From the IMG/VR virus record IMGVR_UViG_3300002855_000234, positions 1 to 58,317 of that record: 58,317 nt of DNA; one strand, 5' to 3'. Shown piece after piece: positions 36,960-47,885 of the stretch (its first letter is position 1; each line of letters begins with the position of its first letter). This DNA comes from a virus (lineage: Duplodnaviria; Caudoviricetes). The position numbers and the translations under genes were made by a program. Under the pieces are notes generated by a model. It was given only the letters and a program-made list of their open reading frames with translations. It was not told the DNA's origin and did not search any database.

Positions 36960-39893
36960 ATGGCAGAACAGACATCCCGCCTCGCCATCATTATTGACAG
37001 CACCGGCGCAGAAAAAAATGCTGAAAGCCTGACCAGCGCCCTTCACGGGCTTACTGAGTGGGGGCAGAAAGCAGCGGCCAGCGCCGGGAAGGTGACAAAA
37101 GCCACAGAGGAAGAATCCGCTGCATTATCGGAACTGCTTGACCGCATTGATCCGGTTAACGCGGCTCTGAATAAACTGGATAAACAACAGCAACAACTCG
37201 CGAAATTCAAGTCGAAAGGCATGCTGGACGATGAGACCTTTGATGTCTATTCGAAAAAAATCGAAGAGGCCCGCAATCGTCTCACCGGGTTTTCAGAGCA
37301 ACTGAAAAATACTGGCATGTCAGCAAAGCAAACCGCATGGGCCATGCGAATGATACCCGCTCAGATGACGGATATTGTCGTCGGGCTGTCAACCGGACAA
37401 TCGCCGTTCATGGTGCTCATGCAGCAGGGCGGCCAACTGAAGGATATGTTTGGCGGTATCGGCCCGGCAATCAAAGGCGTCGGCGGCTATGTCGCCGGAC
37501 TGATCAACCCATTCACCCTCGCTGCCGCGGCGGTTGGCGTTCTGGGACTGGCATATTACAAAGGTTCACAGGAACAGGACGAATTCTATAAATCGCTGAC
37601 GCTGACCGGCAATCAGGTTGGTAAAACAACCGGGCAGTTAGCAGATATGGCAGCTCGCGTATCGGTAGCGACCAACTCCACGACTGGCGTGGCGGCAACA
37701 ACGCTCAATCAACTGGTTTCATCCGGGAAAGTTGCCAGCGACTCACTGGAACGTGTAACCACTGCCGTTGTTGAAATAAGCGAAGCCACTGGTATTGCGA
37801 CAGATAAATTGGTGGACGATTTCAACAAAATCGCCACAGACCCGCTGGACGCAATTACCAAACTGAATGACCAGTACCACTTCCTGACGCTGGCGACTTA
37901 CAACCAGATTAAAGCCCTTCAGGATGAAGGTAACCAGCAGGAAGCCGCCCGCGTTGCCAGCGAAGCATATTCTTCGTCGATGATTCAGCGCTCTAATCAG
38001 ATTAAGGAAAATCTGGGGTATCTGGAAACCGCATGGAACTCACTGGCTAAAGCTGCCGGATGGGCGTGGGATGCCATGCTTGATGTTGGTCGTGATGCAT
38101 CCGTAGAGCAAAAAATTCAGGATGCCAGCAGCGAGCTTGAACGCGCGCAGAAATCGCTTGCTGATTTGGAGCGTGGACAGGCCGCTAATGCAGGTCCCTA
38201 TGGAGCATGGAAATCTGATGATTTAGATCGGCAGCGAAAAGCGGTAACTTTGCTTAAACAGCGGTTATCTACACTGCAAAGTGAAAAAACAGCGCAGGAT
38301 GTAATTAACAACACAATTGATGATTACAACAGGAAACAACAGGAAAGCATCAAGATTCAGCAGGAAGCTGATCGCGTTAACCAGCAGTTCCTGTCGAATG
38401 CTGATAAGCGAAACAAGGCGATTCAGCAGCAGAAGAAATTCCTTGATGCCGGGGCCATCAGTGCAGATCAGTACGCGAAAAATATCGCGCGCATCAATGA
38501 AATGTACAAAGACCCTAAATCGCCAACAGTACCGAAGGGAAAAGCATATAGCGAAGATGCAGCGACACGACTGCTCGATCAGTTAAACCAGCAGACATCC
38601 GCTATGCAGTCTCAACTGGACGCCAGCGATAAGCTCACCAGCGCTACTCAGGCGCGAGTGAAGTTTGAACAGCAGATCGCTGACCTCAAATCGAAAACGC
38701 AACTCACCGCCGATCAAAAATCGCTTTTGTCCCGCTCTGAAGAAATTATTCAGGCCTATAAGCGACAGGAAGTTCTGCAAAACTCCGTTAAGACTCTCGA
38801 CGATTACCGGAAAATGCAGGAGCAGGTTAAAGCGAAGGATGAGCAGCAGAACGATTTGCTGCGTGAGCGTCTGGCGCTGCTGGAAAAAGCAAAAGCCACC
38901 GGGAAACTGGCTCCGGGAGAATATGAGAAAACTCGTTCTGATATCTATAAAAACACACCAACGGAACTGCCTTCTTCAGTAAAAAGTGTGGTGGGCAATC
39001 TGTCACCGACTGGCGGCCAGTTATCCGGCACGTTCGGCGGTATGCAACAGCAGTACATGCAGCTCGATCAGGCGCAACAGCAGTTACAGACGTGGTTGCA
39101 GGCTCAGGAAGCGGCATATGCACAGGCTGCGCAAATCACCACGGAAGGCGAAGCGCGCATGACAGCAATCCGCCAGCAGGCGGCGCAAGCCAATCAGGTT
39201 ATTGAATCCCAGAAAAACGAAATCATCACCAGTGCGACGCAAACCATGATCGACAGTGGTTTGCAGATTCTGGCAACTGGTTTCGGGGAGCAATCCGGGA
39301 TTTATAAAGCGGCGTTCGCTGCCAGCAAGGCATTCGCTATTGCACAGTCTCTGGTTTCGATCCAGCAGGGGATTGCGATGGCGGCTGCCAACCCGTTCCC
39401 GTACAACATCGCTGCGATGGCATCTGTTGCAGCGGCCACGGCGAGCATCGTTTCTAATATCGCAGCTGTTGCGGATGTTGGTTTTGCTGCCGGTGGTTTT
39501 ACGGGCCCGGGCGGAAAATACCAGCCTGCCGGAGTGGTGCATAAAGGCGAGTATGTTTTTGACCAGGCTGCAACCAACCGGATCGGCGTCTCGAACCTTG
39601 AGGCGCTGCGCAATGGCGGTTCTCTGGACGCAACGCTGAGCAAGCCCGGTTTCGGTACGGGGGCACAGAACGTCAATAACAACAGCAATGCCATGACCCT
39701 GAATGCACCCATCAACCAGAACTTCAACATTCAACAGGGTGTAACCCCTGATCAGATGAATCTGTCGCTGGCGCAGACTCAGAAACAGGCTACCAGCGAT
39801 GCATTGGATCAGGTCGCCAATCAGATTGTGAAAGGCAACGGGAAAGTGGGTAACGCAATGCGAGGAACGTACACCGGAAGGAGAACTACCTGA
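36960..39893 (+). CDS. Tape measure protein
   Basis: PAQMTDIVVGL.TGQSP..VLMQQGGQLKD; 977 aa, helical. Confidence 0.95.
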   Translation: MAEQTSRLAIIIDSTGAEKNAESLTSALHGLTEWGQKAAASAGKVTKATEEESAALSELLDRIDPVNAALNKLDKQQQQLAKFKSKGMLDDETFDVYSKKIEEARNRLTGFSEQLKNTGMSAKQTAWAMRMIPAQMTDIVVGLSTGQSPFMVLMQQGGQLKDMFGGIGPAIKGVGGYVAGLINPFTLAAAAVGVLGLAYYKGSQEQDEFYKSLTLTGNQVGKTTGQLADMAARVSVATNSTTGVAATTLNQLVSSGKVASDSLERVTTAVVEISEATGIATDKLVDDFNKIATDPLDAITKLNDQYHFLTLATYNQIKALQDEGNQQEAARVASEAYSSSMIQRSNQIKENLGYLETAWNSLAKAAGWAWDAMLDVGRDASVEQKIQDASSELERAQKSLADLERGQAANAGPYGAWKSDDLDRQRKAVTLLKQRLSTLQSEKTAQDVINNTIDDYNRKQQESIKIQQEADRVNQQFLSNADKRNKAIQQQKKFLDAGAISADQYAKNIARINEMYKDPKSPTVPKGKAYSEDAATRLLDQLNQQTSAMQSQLDASDKLTSATQARVKFEQQIADLKSKTQLTADQKSLLSRSEEIIQAYKRQEVLQNSVKTLDDYRKMQEQVKAKDEQQNDLLRERLALLEKAKATGKLAPGEYEKTRSDIYKNTPTELPSSVKSVVGNLSPTGGQLSGTFGGMQQQYMQLDQAQQQLQTWLQAQEAAYAQAAQITTEGEARMTAIRQQAAQANQVIESQKNEIITSATQTMIDSGLQILATGFGEQSGIYKAAFAASKAFAIAQSLVSIQQGIAMAAANPFPYNIAAMASVAAATASIVSNIAAVADVGFAAGGFTGPGGKYQPAGVVHKGEYVFDQAATNRIGVSNLEALRNGGSLDATLSKPGFGTGAQNVNNNSNAMTLNAPINQNFNIQQGVTPDQMNLSLAQTQKQATSDALDQVANQIVKGNGKVGNAMRGTYTGRRTT

Positions 39894-40357
39894 TGGCTGA
39901 AAAATACTACCCTCATGATTATCTTCCTATGCCGCTTCAGGACGGTTATGCATTTCAGCCAGTCAGTCCGTTAAAGCGCACCGAAATGACCACCGGCCGC
40001 GCCCGCCAGCGCCGTGCGTTTATTTCGACGCCGACACAGGCAAATGTGCAGTGGCTTTTCGAAAAAGATGCTCAGGCTCAGCTTTTTGAGGGCTGGTATC
40101 ACGAAACCATTACTGACGGTGCCGACTGGTTTTTTATGCGGTTGCAAACGCCGTTGGGCGTTGAACTCTACAAATGCCGGTTTATGGACATCTATCAGGG
40201 GCCGACTCTTGTCGCCCCGATTTACTGGCAGTTCTCCGCGACGCTTGAGTTGTGGACTCGACCCGTCCTCGGTGATGGCTGGGCTGAGTTCCCGGACTAC
40301 ATCATCAACAGCAGCATCATTGATATTGCACTTAACAGGGAGTGGCCGGAAGCATGA
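39893..40357 (+). CDS. Minor tail (distal tail-like) protein
   Basis: Position after tape measure; GRARQRR. Confidence 0.8.
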   Translation: MAEKYYPHDYLPMPLQDGYAFQPVSPLKRTEMTTGRARQRRAFISTPTQANVQWLFEKDAQAQLFEGWYHETITDGADWFFMRLQTPLGVELYKCRFMDIYQGPTLVAPIYWQFSATLELWTRPVLGDGWAEFPDYIINSSIIDIALNREWPEA

Positions 40358-40842
40358 CCAGTCCGACTTTAAAACGACTGTACGCCTCTTCCGGTGAAGA
40401 GGTCATTATCAAAACTTTGCAGATCAACATCGGTGATGATGTCCTTTATCTCTGTGATGGCTACGACAACATAACAGCGACGACGGAAACTGGTGAAGAG
40501 GTCACATTCATCGCCAGCGCCATCGATGTTGCGCTACCGGCGCGGAACAGTGACGGTACTCAGGATTTGCAGTTTGCTGTCTCAAACATCAAAGGCGAAG
40601 CATCCACATCCGTGCGTAGCGCGCTGGAAAATCTGCGTGGCGCCACGGTGACCTACCGACAATATACATCTGACGATTTAGCCGCGCCCGCAGACCGCCC
40701 TTATACCCTGACGGTTAAAAACGGGTACTGGACTGCAACACAGGCGCAGATTATCGCGGGATACATGAATGTGCTGGATACCGCGTGGCCCCGCTATCGC
40801 TACACACTCCCGTTCTATCCTGGCCTTCGTTACATGAGCTAA
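40354..40842 (+). CDS. Minor tail protein (DUF1833-like)
   Basis: RLYASSG; ends YPGLRY. Confidence 0.8.
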   Translation: MTSPTLKRLYASSGEEVIIKTLQINIGDDVLYLCDGYDNITATTETGEEVTFIASAIDVALPARNSDGTQDLQFAVSNIKGEASTSVRSALENLRGATVTYRQYTSDDLAAPADRPYTLTVKNGYWTATQAQIIAGYMNVLDTAWPRYRYTLPFYPGLRYMS

Positions 40843-40851
40843 GGAGTTTCA

Positions 40852-41232
40852 ATGTTCAATCAAGATAAATACCTTTCGGTCAAATGGCTGAAGGGCGGGC
40901 GCGCTTACCCTGAGCTTGACTGTTTCGGCATCGTGAATGAGGTGCGTCGCGACCTGGGATTACCAGAATGGCCGGATTTTGCCGGGGTAACGAAAGATGA
41001 TGGCGGCCTTAATCGCGAAGCACGGAAACTGATGCTCTCCCTGCAACGCTGCGAGCCGTGTGAAGGTGCGGGTGTTGCGTGCTATTCAGGCTCAACTGTT
41101 ACGCATGTTGGCGTTGTCGTGGTGCTTAATGGCCGTCTGCATGTGGCCGAATGCAACCCTAAATCCAACGTTTCTTTCACGCCGGTGGCACAGTTTGTTC
41201 GCCGCTTCGTTAAAGTGGAGTTCTGGAAGTGA
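40852..41232 (+). CDS. NlpC/P60-like tail assembly protein
   Basis: GGR..PELDCFG, HVGVV. Confidence 0.85.
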   Translation: MFNQDKYLSVKWLKGGRAYPELDCFGIVNEVRRDLGLPEWPDFAGVTKDDGGLNREARKLMLSLQRCEPCEGAGVACYSGSTVTHVGVVVVLNGRLHVAECNPKSNVSFTPVAQFVRRFVKVEFWK

Positions 41233-43946
41233 CCATCAGAATTTATCCTTCCCGGTTACCCGGCGAACCGCTGGAAACGCATGAACATGGTGCGGTGACT
41301 ATTCATCAGTGGATGAAGCGGAATGTTGATAATTACCGCGCTGACATGAAGCATCCGATCGCCATTGAAGTGGACGGTGTGAATATCCCGGCTGCGGCAT
41401 GGTTCGATTATGCGATCAGCCCGACAAGTGATGTACGCATTTATCCGGTTCCTCATGGCGCCGTTGCGCTGGCGTGGATTGCCGTTGCTGTTTCGGTCGC
41501 ATCTGTTGCGTATGCGCTGTTCTTTGCGCCTGGCGCATCCGATCCCGGCGGTTTCTCTTCGTCGACAGGCGATTCACTGGATGTTAACCCGGCAAAAGCG
41601 AACCGTGCAAAGCTGGGCGATCCAATCCGCGAGCTATTCGGACGCCGCCGAATTTACCCCGATTATGTAGTGCAGCCGGTAACCCGGTTCAGTCCTGACG
41701 ATCCGACAGTGATGACCGTTGAAATGTTCGTTGCTCTGGGGTTCGGACAATTTTCATTCGGCGAAGGGGATATGCGTGTCGGCGCCACGCCAGTTTCACC
41801 GCTGGGTGATGGTTTCGCGTACACCGTTTTTCAACCGGGACAGAATGTGGCTGGTGATCGCCGTAGCGAAAACTGGTTTAACTCTACCGAGGTTGGCGGG
41901 ACGTCATCGGGTGCCGGGCTGGATATGGCCCAGACCGCGCCGGATACGGATGATGTTGTGGCGCAGTCGCTGACGGTGTCGGGAAGCACAATCACGTTTA
42001 ACGGATTAAGCGCTGACGACGATACTGCAACAAACGAGCTGCCTGATTCGTGGGTTGCTGGTGCGACGGTTGAGCTAATCGTACCCGATCAGTTTGTTGT
42101 AACCAACGATGGCGCATACAGCCGCATTACCAGTGACAATCTGTCGGAAATCTCTCCTTACGTTGGAATGCCGGTAACGCTCTGGTACAACAGCGTCGAC
42201 TACAGCCTGTTTATCGCTTCATATACGCCGCATGCAGACGCGACAGAGGACGAAGAAGAAGTCACCGCGTCGGTAACGCTGGCTTATGAGAGTGAAACTG
42301 GCGCACCATTTACTGGCATTCCAGAGGGGTATATCAGGCTTTCCGTTTCTCACGCTGGATATCAGTACAAAATTTTCGACGTGGACGGCACCAGTGTGAC
42401 TCTTCAACGCTTGATTGACGGCGTTGTCGATAACACATGGCCGGGTTTCGTTGCGCGCACCGTGCTTGATTTTGAAGCCTCTGGCGTTAACCAGAACGAC
42501 TCCTGGATGGGGCCGTTTCTGGCATGCCCGGATAATGAAACCATCGACATGTTTGAAGTGAATTTCTTCTTCCCGAATGGCATTTGCGGGTACGACAAAA
42601 AAGGGAGAAAGCAAAACAGAACGGTTCGCTGGGAAGTTCAGTACCGTGTCTATGGCTCTGGTTCTGGCTGGATGAGCAAAACCGGTTCGTATAACACAAA
42701 AAATATTAACGGCCTTGGTTTTACTGAGCGCATCACGCTGGGTTCTCCCGGCCTTGTTGAAGTGCGGTGCCGACGCACTAACGAGCAGGGGCAGGATAAC
42801 AGCCGCGATAATATGTACTGGCAATCGTTGCGTGGACGCCTGCTGACCAGACCGTCATCGTACGCTGGCGTAACGACGATGGGGGTCACTGTGGAAACCG
42901 GCGGCAAGCTGGCGGCGCAGTCCGATCGCCGGGTGAACGTTGTAGCTACAAGGATTTACGACACTGGCGCGGCGCGAAGCATCTCCGGCGCGCTGTACCA
43001 CGTTGGTAACTCGCTGGGGCTGGACATGGACACCGACGCCATTGACGCGCTGGAAAGTGCGTACTGGACGCCTGGCAATGAGTTTTTCGACTTCGAGACG
43101 ACCGACAGCACATCTGCGCTGGAGGTTTTACAGAAGATCGCCAACGCCGGGAAAAGCTATTTTCTGCTGGCAGACGGGCTTGCCTCGGTTGCGCGCGAAG
43201 GCGTTAAGCCCTGGTCGGGGGTTATCAGTCCGCATGAGATGACTGAAGACTTGCAAACCGCGTTCGTGGCTCCGTCTGACGACGACTATGACGGCGTGGA
43301 CGTTACGTATATCAACGGGACCACCTGGGCGGAGGAAACGGTACAGTGCCGTACGCTGGATAATCCAACGCCCGTAAAAATCGAAGACTATACGCTTGAT
43401 GGCGTGCTCGACCGGGACCGGGCATATCAGATCGGCATGCGGCGGCTGATGAAGTATTTACAGCAACGGTTGACGCATACGACATCAACCGAAATGGACG
43501 CGCTTTGCTATAACGTCGGCGATCGTATCGTACTGACCGACGATATACCGGGCAGCCAGACAATTAGTGCGCTGATTGAAGGAATGGTGACTGCGGACGG
43601 CATAACGACATTCACGGTAACCGAGCCGCTGGACTGGTCGTTTCCAAATCCTCGCGTGCTGATACGTTACCAGGACGGCTCCGCTTCATCGCTAATGCTG
43701 GCGACCAATGCAGGCGATTACCAGGTTGCAGTTCCTTACCTGTTGGCTTTCGATAACATGATTCTCAATGATCCAGCCATTGAGCCACCACGCCTGATTT
43801 TCTGCGATTCTTCACGCACAGGTTATAACGCGATCATCTCAGAGATAGCACCACAATCAGACGGCACATGCCAGGTAACGGCGAAGCAGTATAAACCCAG
43901 CTTCTACGATTACGACAACGCCACTTATCCTGGCGACGTTGCATAA
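41229..43946 (+). CDS. Tail tip/host-specificity J-like protein
   Basis: 905 aa; AKLGDPIRELFG; position. Confidence 0.88.
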   Translation: MTIRIYPSRLPGEPLETHEHGAVTIHQWMKRNVDNYRADMKHPIAIEVDGVNIPAAAWFDYAISPTSDVRIYPVPHGAVALAWIAVAVSVASVAYALFFAPGASDPGGFSSSTGDSLDVNPAKANRAKLGDPIRELFGRRRIYPDYVVQPVTRFSPDDPTVMTVEMFVALGFGQFSFGEGDMRVGATPVSPLGDGFAYTVFQPGQNVAGDRRSENWFNSTEVGGTSSGAGLDMAQTAPDTDDVVAQSLTVSGSTITFNGLSADDDTATNELPDSWVAGATVELIVPDQFVVTNDGAYSRITSDNLSEISPYVGMPVTLWYNSVDYSLFIASYTPHADATEDEEEVTASVTLAYESETGAPFTGIPEGYIRLSVSHAGYQYKIFDVDGTSVTLQRLIDGVVDNTWPGFVARTVLDFEASGVNQNDSWMGPFLACPDNETIDMFEVNFFFPNGICGYDKKGRKQNRTVRWEVQYRVYGSGSGWMSKTGSYNTKNINGLGFTERITLGSPGLVEVRCRRTNEQGQDNSRDNMYWQSLRGRLLTRPSSYAGVTTMGVTVETGGKLAAQSDRRVNVVATRIYDTGAARSISGALYHVGNSLGLDMDTDAIDALESAYWTPGNEFFDFETTDSTSALEVLQKIANAGKSYFLLADGLASVAREGVKPWSGVISPHEMTEDLQTAFVAPSDDDYDGVDVTYINGTTWAEETVQCRTLDNPTPVKIEDYTLDGVLDRDRAYQIGMRRLMKYLQQRLTHTTSTEMDALCYNVGDRIVLTDDIPGSQTISALIEGMVTADGITTFTVTEPLDWSFPNPRVLIRYQDGSASSLMLATNAGDYQVAVPYLLAFDNMILNDPAIEPPRLIFCDSSRTGYNAIISEIAPQSDGTCQVTAKQYKPSFYDYDNATYPGDVA

Positions 43947-44002
43947 CAAAAACTCTCCAATACAGACCCGCTTAGGCGGGTTTTTTCGTTTATGAGGCCC
44001 AT

Positions 44003-46753
44003 ATGACGACTTACAACACCCGACATCCGCTGGGGTCCGCTGCTGCAAAAGATTTGTACGATAACGCCCAGAACTTTGATCACCTCTCAAATGACCGGGT
44101 CAATGAAACGTGGGATGACCGTTTTGGCGTACCACGCCTTACATGGCATGGAATGGAGGTTGGTTTCCAGGGGCTTGTGAATGAATATAGCGAACAACTT
44201 GAAGAACTCACTGATGAATTTGAAGAAACGATAGCGTCCGTTGGCTGGGTACAGATGGGTAACTATGCTCCAGGCATGGTCATCTCATCACGAAACCAGA
44301 TCGTGTTTTACAACGGCTACTGGTATGCATGGCGCGGCGACTTGCCTCATGAGACATCAGGCGCAACCCTTGATGATGATGGTGGGATTTGGTCGGAGGC
44401 TAATCCTGATGGTATGTGGGTTAATGTCATCGGCATTGAAAACACTGCATCCGTTGAAAAAGCCACCGGCCTGAAGATTTTCTCAAAAGTTGGAAATGTC
44501 GTTGTTGGTGACAGCATCACAAGCACAGGTAACCGCTTCGCTGTTGTTTATGGAAACAAGCTGCGCATGCTCACGAATCTTCCAGCCAGCGGTAATGTAG
44601 AGAGTATTGATGCTTCCGCAAATAGCATTACCATCGGCGGTAAAAAGCACTGGATGCTGGAATATTACGGTGACGCCGTAAACCTCTCTGAACCGGTGGT
44701 TGTTGCTGCTGGCGAAACAATGGTGGTAAGTGGCTCCCCGGATATGCGCGGTGCGGCTGTCACCGGCGCGGGAGCGGTTGTTGGTGTTGTCGGTAATGGC
44801 ACCGACATGGGCGTGTTTGATGTTAAAGCCAATGTTGTTAAAGCATCTGAGCGCGACACGGCAGTCCTGACCGCAGACATTATCATTGATCCAATGCTTA
44901 GCACTGCTGGCGCTGTCGCTACGCTTTCAGATGCGCTTGCCGCCGCTGCTGCGCTGGTAAGTGGTGGAAGAACAGCAGACATAAACGTCCTCCTGCGCGC
45001 CGGGCGGCATGAAATATCCCCGATTACTATTACTGATGAGCACATTCCTGGATTCGGTAACCTGTCTGTTACTGTTGATGACACGACTGTCGTAATCAGC
45101 GACAACACCATTGTTCTTGGACAGAACAGTGAAGGTCGTCTGATCTTCAAAAACTATGGGCGGGAAAAGCCGGTTATCACGCCGGTGATGAATTACGTCT
45201 CATCATCCGGCGGTCAGCCATATAAAACCCATCATCAGCGCGTTGCGAACGTGAGCGGCGAGCCGCATCTTGAAGCATACGACGTCTACATGAATCCCGT
45301 TAAAGTTAGCGATAACTATAACGAGAAGACAGGGAAGTTACCCAGAAACGTTAATAAACGTATTATTCAGGTTGTGGATAATGTTTATACGTTTAAATTA
45401 CAGCCAGATGATGCCGCCGGGATGGCGGGTGAGGAGTTGAGCAGCGTAGCTCTACGCATCAACCAAAACTACAGCTCTTCATGGAATAATATTACAGAGA
45501 TAAATAGTTTTGGTGAGGTTATATACCCTGCGCAGGGACCATGGGATACCAGTCCGGGAGGGCTATATTTTGATGGGTTCTATTATGCAACTGGATTCTC
45601 TGCCCCTTACTGGCTTCGCAATGCAAAATATCTGCTTAACGAAGATACCTATTGCTGTGACACCTCTTACTGGTATATCCCGAATAAGAAAAATGGGCTC
45701 TATTACCCATCAACTGTTTATGGTTTCTGGATTACGGTTAACACCTCAAGCGTTACATTTTCAGGTGTTGATTTTGCGTATTTTGACATGCCAAAAACGT
45801 CCCTACAGGCGATATGGAATGAACGATTCCAGCTTGCAGGTTGCTTAGAGGTGTCTACCTCTACAGCATGTTTGTTTGAGAGATTTAACGCGCATGACAT
45901 TACTGGTTTATTTATGCGCACCAGTAAGAATTCATCTGTTATAAGAGATTTTAAACTAAGGAATATTGGTTGTAGTGGTTTTGTTGTTGCATATCAAACC
46001 AGTTGTGCAAATATGCATATCCAGAATTTTGAGATATCAAATATGGGTAAGTATAGTGTTGCTGCGAATGGTATATATGTTCTTGGATACAATGTTAGCG
46101 TAAGAGATGGAAATATCAATAATATAGGGTTTACCGGAATTGCTACATCTTCATCATGGCAAGATGTCGGTAATGAAGGCAAGGTGGTGACAGGTAACTT
46201 TACAAATATTAAAGTAACGGATGTTGGTAAAAGAGATGGGATAAACTCCGACCTTCACCTTGCATCAGACTTTGGCGCTGTAAGTTGTGGTGCAAAACAG
46301 ATTGCTGTAAATTACCATTTTAGCAATGTTTACATCAACGATGTTGTAGGTGCTTCTAATGTAAGATCTTTGTTCCTTGATGATGGTGTGAATGGGTTTA
46401 ATATAACAAATTCATTTATAGGGGCTGTCGACGGGCAATATGCTCTTGATGCCAGACAAGTTAACAACGGAACATTCAACAATAAGTTCTTAAATCTTAC
46501 AGTGCTTGGTAATGTAAGACTCCATTCTCTGACTGACACGACTTCCTTCACTGGAATTGTTGCAGGTAACAACAACGAGTTAGACACTAACGGTGCAATT
46601 GCCTTTAAGCCTTCAGTGTCGCCATTTAGATTTGAACGTCGAGAAACATATCTGACAGCGATACCATATAGCGTGAATAACAGCTCTAATATCACCGATT
46701 ATCTATCACAATTTTTAGTTAGCAATTCATTGTTAACCTCAACACAATATTAG
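44003..46753 (+). CDS. Tailspike with right-handed beta-helix (putative depolymerase)
   Basis: MTTYNT..PLGS...KDLYDNAQNFD anchor; Asn/Ile-rich beta-helix C-terminal half. Confidence 0.85.
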   Translation: MTTYNTRHPLGSAAAKDLYDNAQNFDHLSNDRVNETWDDRFGVPRLTWHGMEVGFQGLVNEYSEQLEELTDEFEETIASVGWVQMGNYAPGMVISSRNQIVFYNGYWYAWRGDLPHETSGATLDDDGGIWSEANPDGMWVNVIGIENTASVEKATGLKIFSKVGNVVVGDSITSTGNRFAVVYGNKLRMLTNLPASGNVESIDASANSITIGGKKHWMLEYYGDAVNLSEPVVVAAGETMVVSGSPDMRGAAVTGAGAVVGVVGNGTDMGVFDVKANVVKASERDTAVLTADIIIDPMLSTAGAVATLSDALAAAAALVSGGRTADINVLLRAGRHEISPITITDEHIPGFGNLSVTVDDTTVVISDNTIVLGQNSEGRLIFKNYGREKPVITPVMNYVSSSGGQPYKTHHQRVANVSGEPHLEAYDVYMNPVKVSDNYNEKTGKLPRNVNKRIIQVVDNVYTFKLQPDDAAGMAGEELSSVALRINQNYSSSWNNITEINSFGEVIYPAQGPWDTSPGGLYFDGFYYATGFSAPYWLRNAKYLLNEDTYCCDTSYWYIPNKKNGLYYPSTVYGFWITVNTSSVTFSGVDFAYFDMPKTSLQAIWNERFQLAGCLEVSTSTACLFERFNAHDITGLFMRTSKNSSVIRDFKLRNIGCSGFVVAYQTSCANMHIQNFEISNMGKYSVAANGIYVLGYNVSVRDGNINNIGFTGIATSSSWQDVGNEGKVVTGNFTNIKVTDVGKRDGINSDLHLASDFGAVSCGAKQIAVNYHFSNVYINDVVGASNVRSLFLDDGVNGFNITNSFIGAVDGQYALDARQVNNGTFNNKFLNLTVLGNVRLHSLTDTTSFTGIVAGNNNELDTNGAIAFKPSVSPFRFERRETYLTAIPYSVNNSSNITDYLSQFLVSNSLLTSTQY

Positions 46754-46764
46754 GAGTAACAGAA

Positions 46765-47847
46765 ATGGCAGAAGCATTGACGGGAATGAGCTTGAATGAC
46801 GCGTATCAGTTAACCCTGTTTAAGTCAGATGTTAACGAGACTAATTATCGAGTGCGGTTTGGTAGTGGTGGTGCAACACCCTGGTCAGTAACGGGGAATA
46901 CTAATCTTTTTGCGACATTATCGCCGGATGTAGTCGCTCCGTTTCTCCCGGTGAACTACGGAGGTGTTAGGGCTGCGAACTATGGGGGATCTGGTTCTGC
47001 ATTTGCCGTGGGGACAACAACAAGCTCACCGTCCTCGTCTGGCGATCGATCTCAATATCTTTTAGTTTGCGGAAGCGTTGGGTTTCTTGCTCCGGCGGTG
47101 GCAGGGAAGGCGACCAAAGTAACCGAGGTTCGCAAGACAGTTACAGCAACTGCGACTACGTGCTTAAACCAATTTCAGATTGCGGCGCGTAATACTGGCT
47201 CTGATAGCACTGAAGATCGCATTATAGAGGCCAACACTTATTACGATAGTGCTAATCCAGCAAATAACTACAAAGAGTTCAAGTTCGGGGGATTCGGTGC
47301 GAGTTACGGTGACTCTGCACAAATGGTTTTTCATCATGATTTGTCAACTGGTACTGGATATTTCGGTTATGGTGTTGATAACAAGATTTCAGTGTTTACT
47401 GTTACCAATAGGGCATCAGTGATTTATGCAGCAACTGGAACAATTAACACTTCTGATGAGAGGGAAAAAGATAGAGAGGAAATTAATGATGCAGAGAGAG
47501 CGGCAGCACTAGAAATCAAGAAAGATATCTGGAAATACAGACGCACTGACTCCATAGAGGAAAAAGGCGACTCTGCAAGATATCACTTCGGTGTTGGTGC
47601 TCAATCTGTTGGCGATATCATGCGCAAGCACGGCCTGAACCCTGAGCTTTATGCGTTCTATTGCTATGATGAATGGGGTGATGAATTCGAAAGCGAAAAA
47701 GCCGTCAGATCCTCAGGATTCAATGAGGCTGGAGAAGAGCTATTCGAACAATACGAAACTGGTAAAATGATTCAGACCCAAAAGGCTGGCAGCCGGTACG
47801 GCATCCGGTATGATGAGCTGCTATGTTTTATTATGGCTGCATTGTGA
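46765..47847 (+). CDS. Fibre-like protein with C-terminal intramolecular chaperone (peptidase S74)
   Basis: INTSDEREK, RYHFGVGAQ, FYCYDEW, RYGIRYDELLCFI. Confidence 0.85.
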   Translation: MAEALTGMSLNDAYQLTLFKSDVNETNYRVRFGSGGATPWSVTGNTNLFATLSPDVVAPFLPVNYGGVRAANYGGSGSAFAVGTTTSSPSSSGDRSQYLLVCGSVGFLAPAVAGKATKVTEVRKTVTATATTCLNQFQIAARNTGSDSTEDRIIEANTYYDSANPANNYKEFKFGGFGASYGDSAQMVFHHDLSTGTGYFGYGVDNKISVFTVTNRASVIYAATGTINTSDEREKDREEINDAERAAALEIKKDIWKYRRTDSIEEKGDSARYHFGVGAQSVGDIMRKHGLNPELYAFYCYDEWGDEFESEKAVRSSGFNEAGEELFEQYETGKMIQTQKAGSRYGIRYDELLCFIMAAL

Positions 47848-47855
47848 TTAAAATT

Positions 47856-47882
47856 AAAAAGGGCCAAGTTATGGCCCTTTTT
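47856..47882. terminator. Bidirectional terminator
   Basis: AAAAAGGGCCA-AGTTA-TGGCCCTTTTT between convergent genes. Confidence 0.8.
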
Positions 47883-47885
47883 GTT

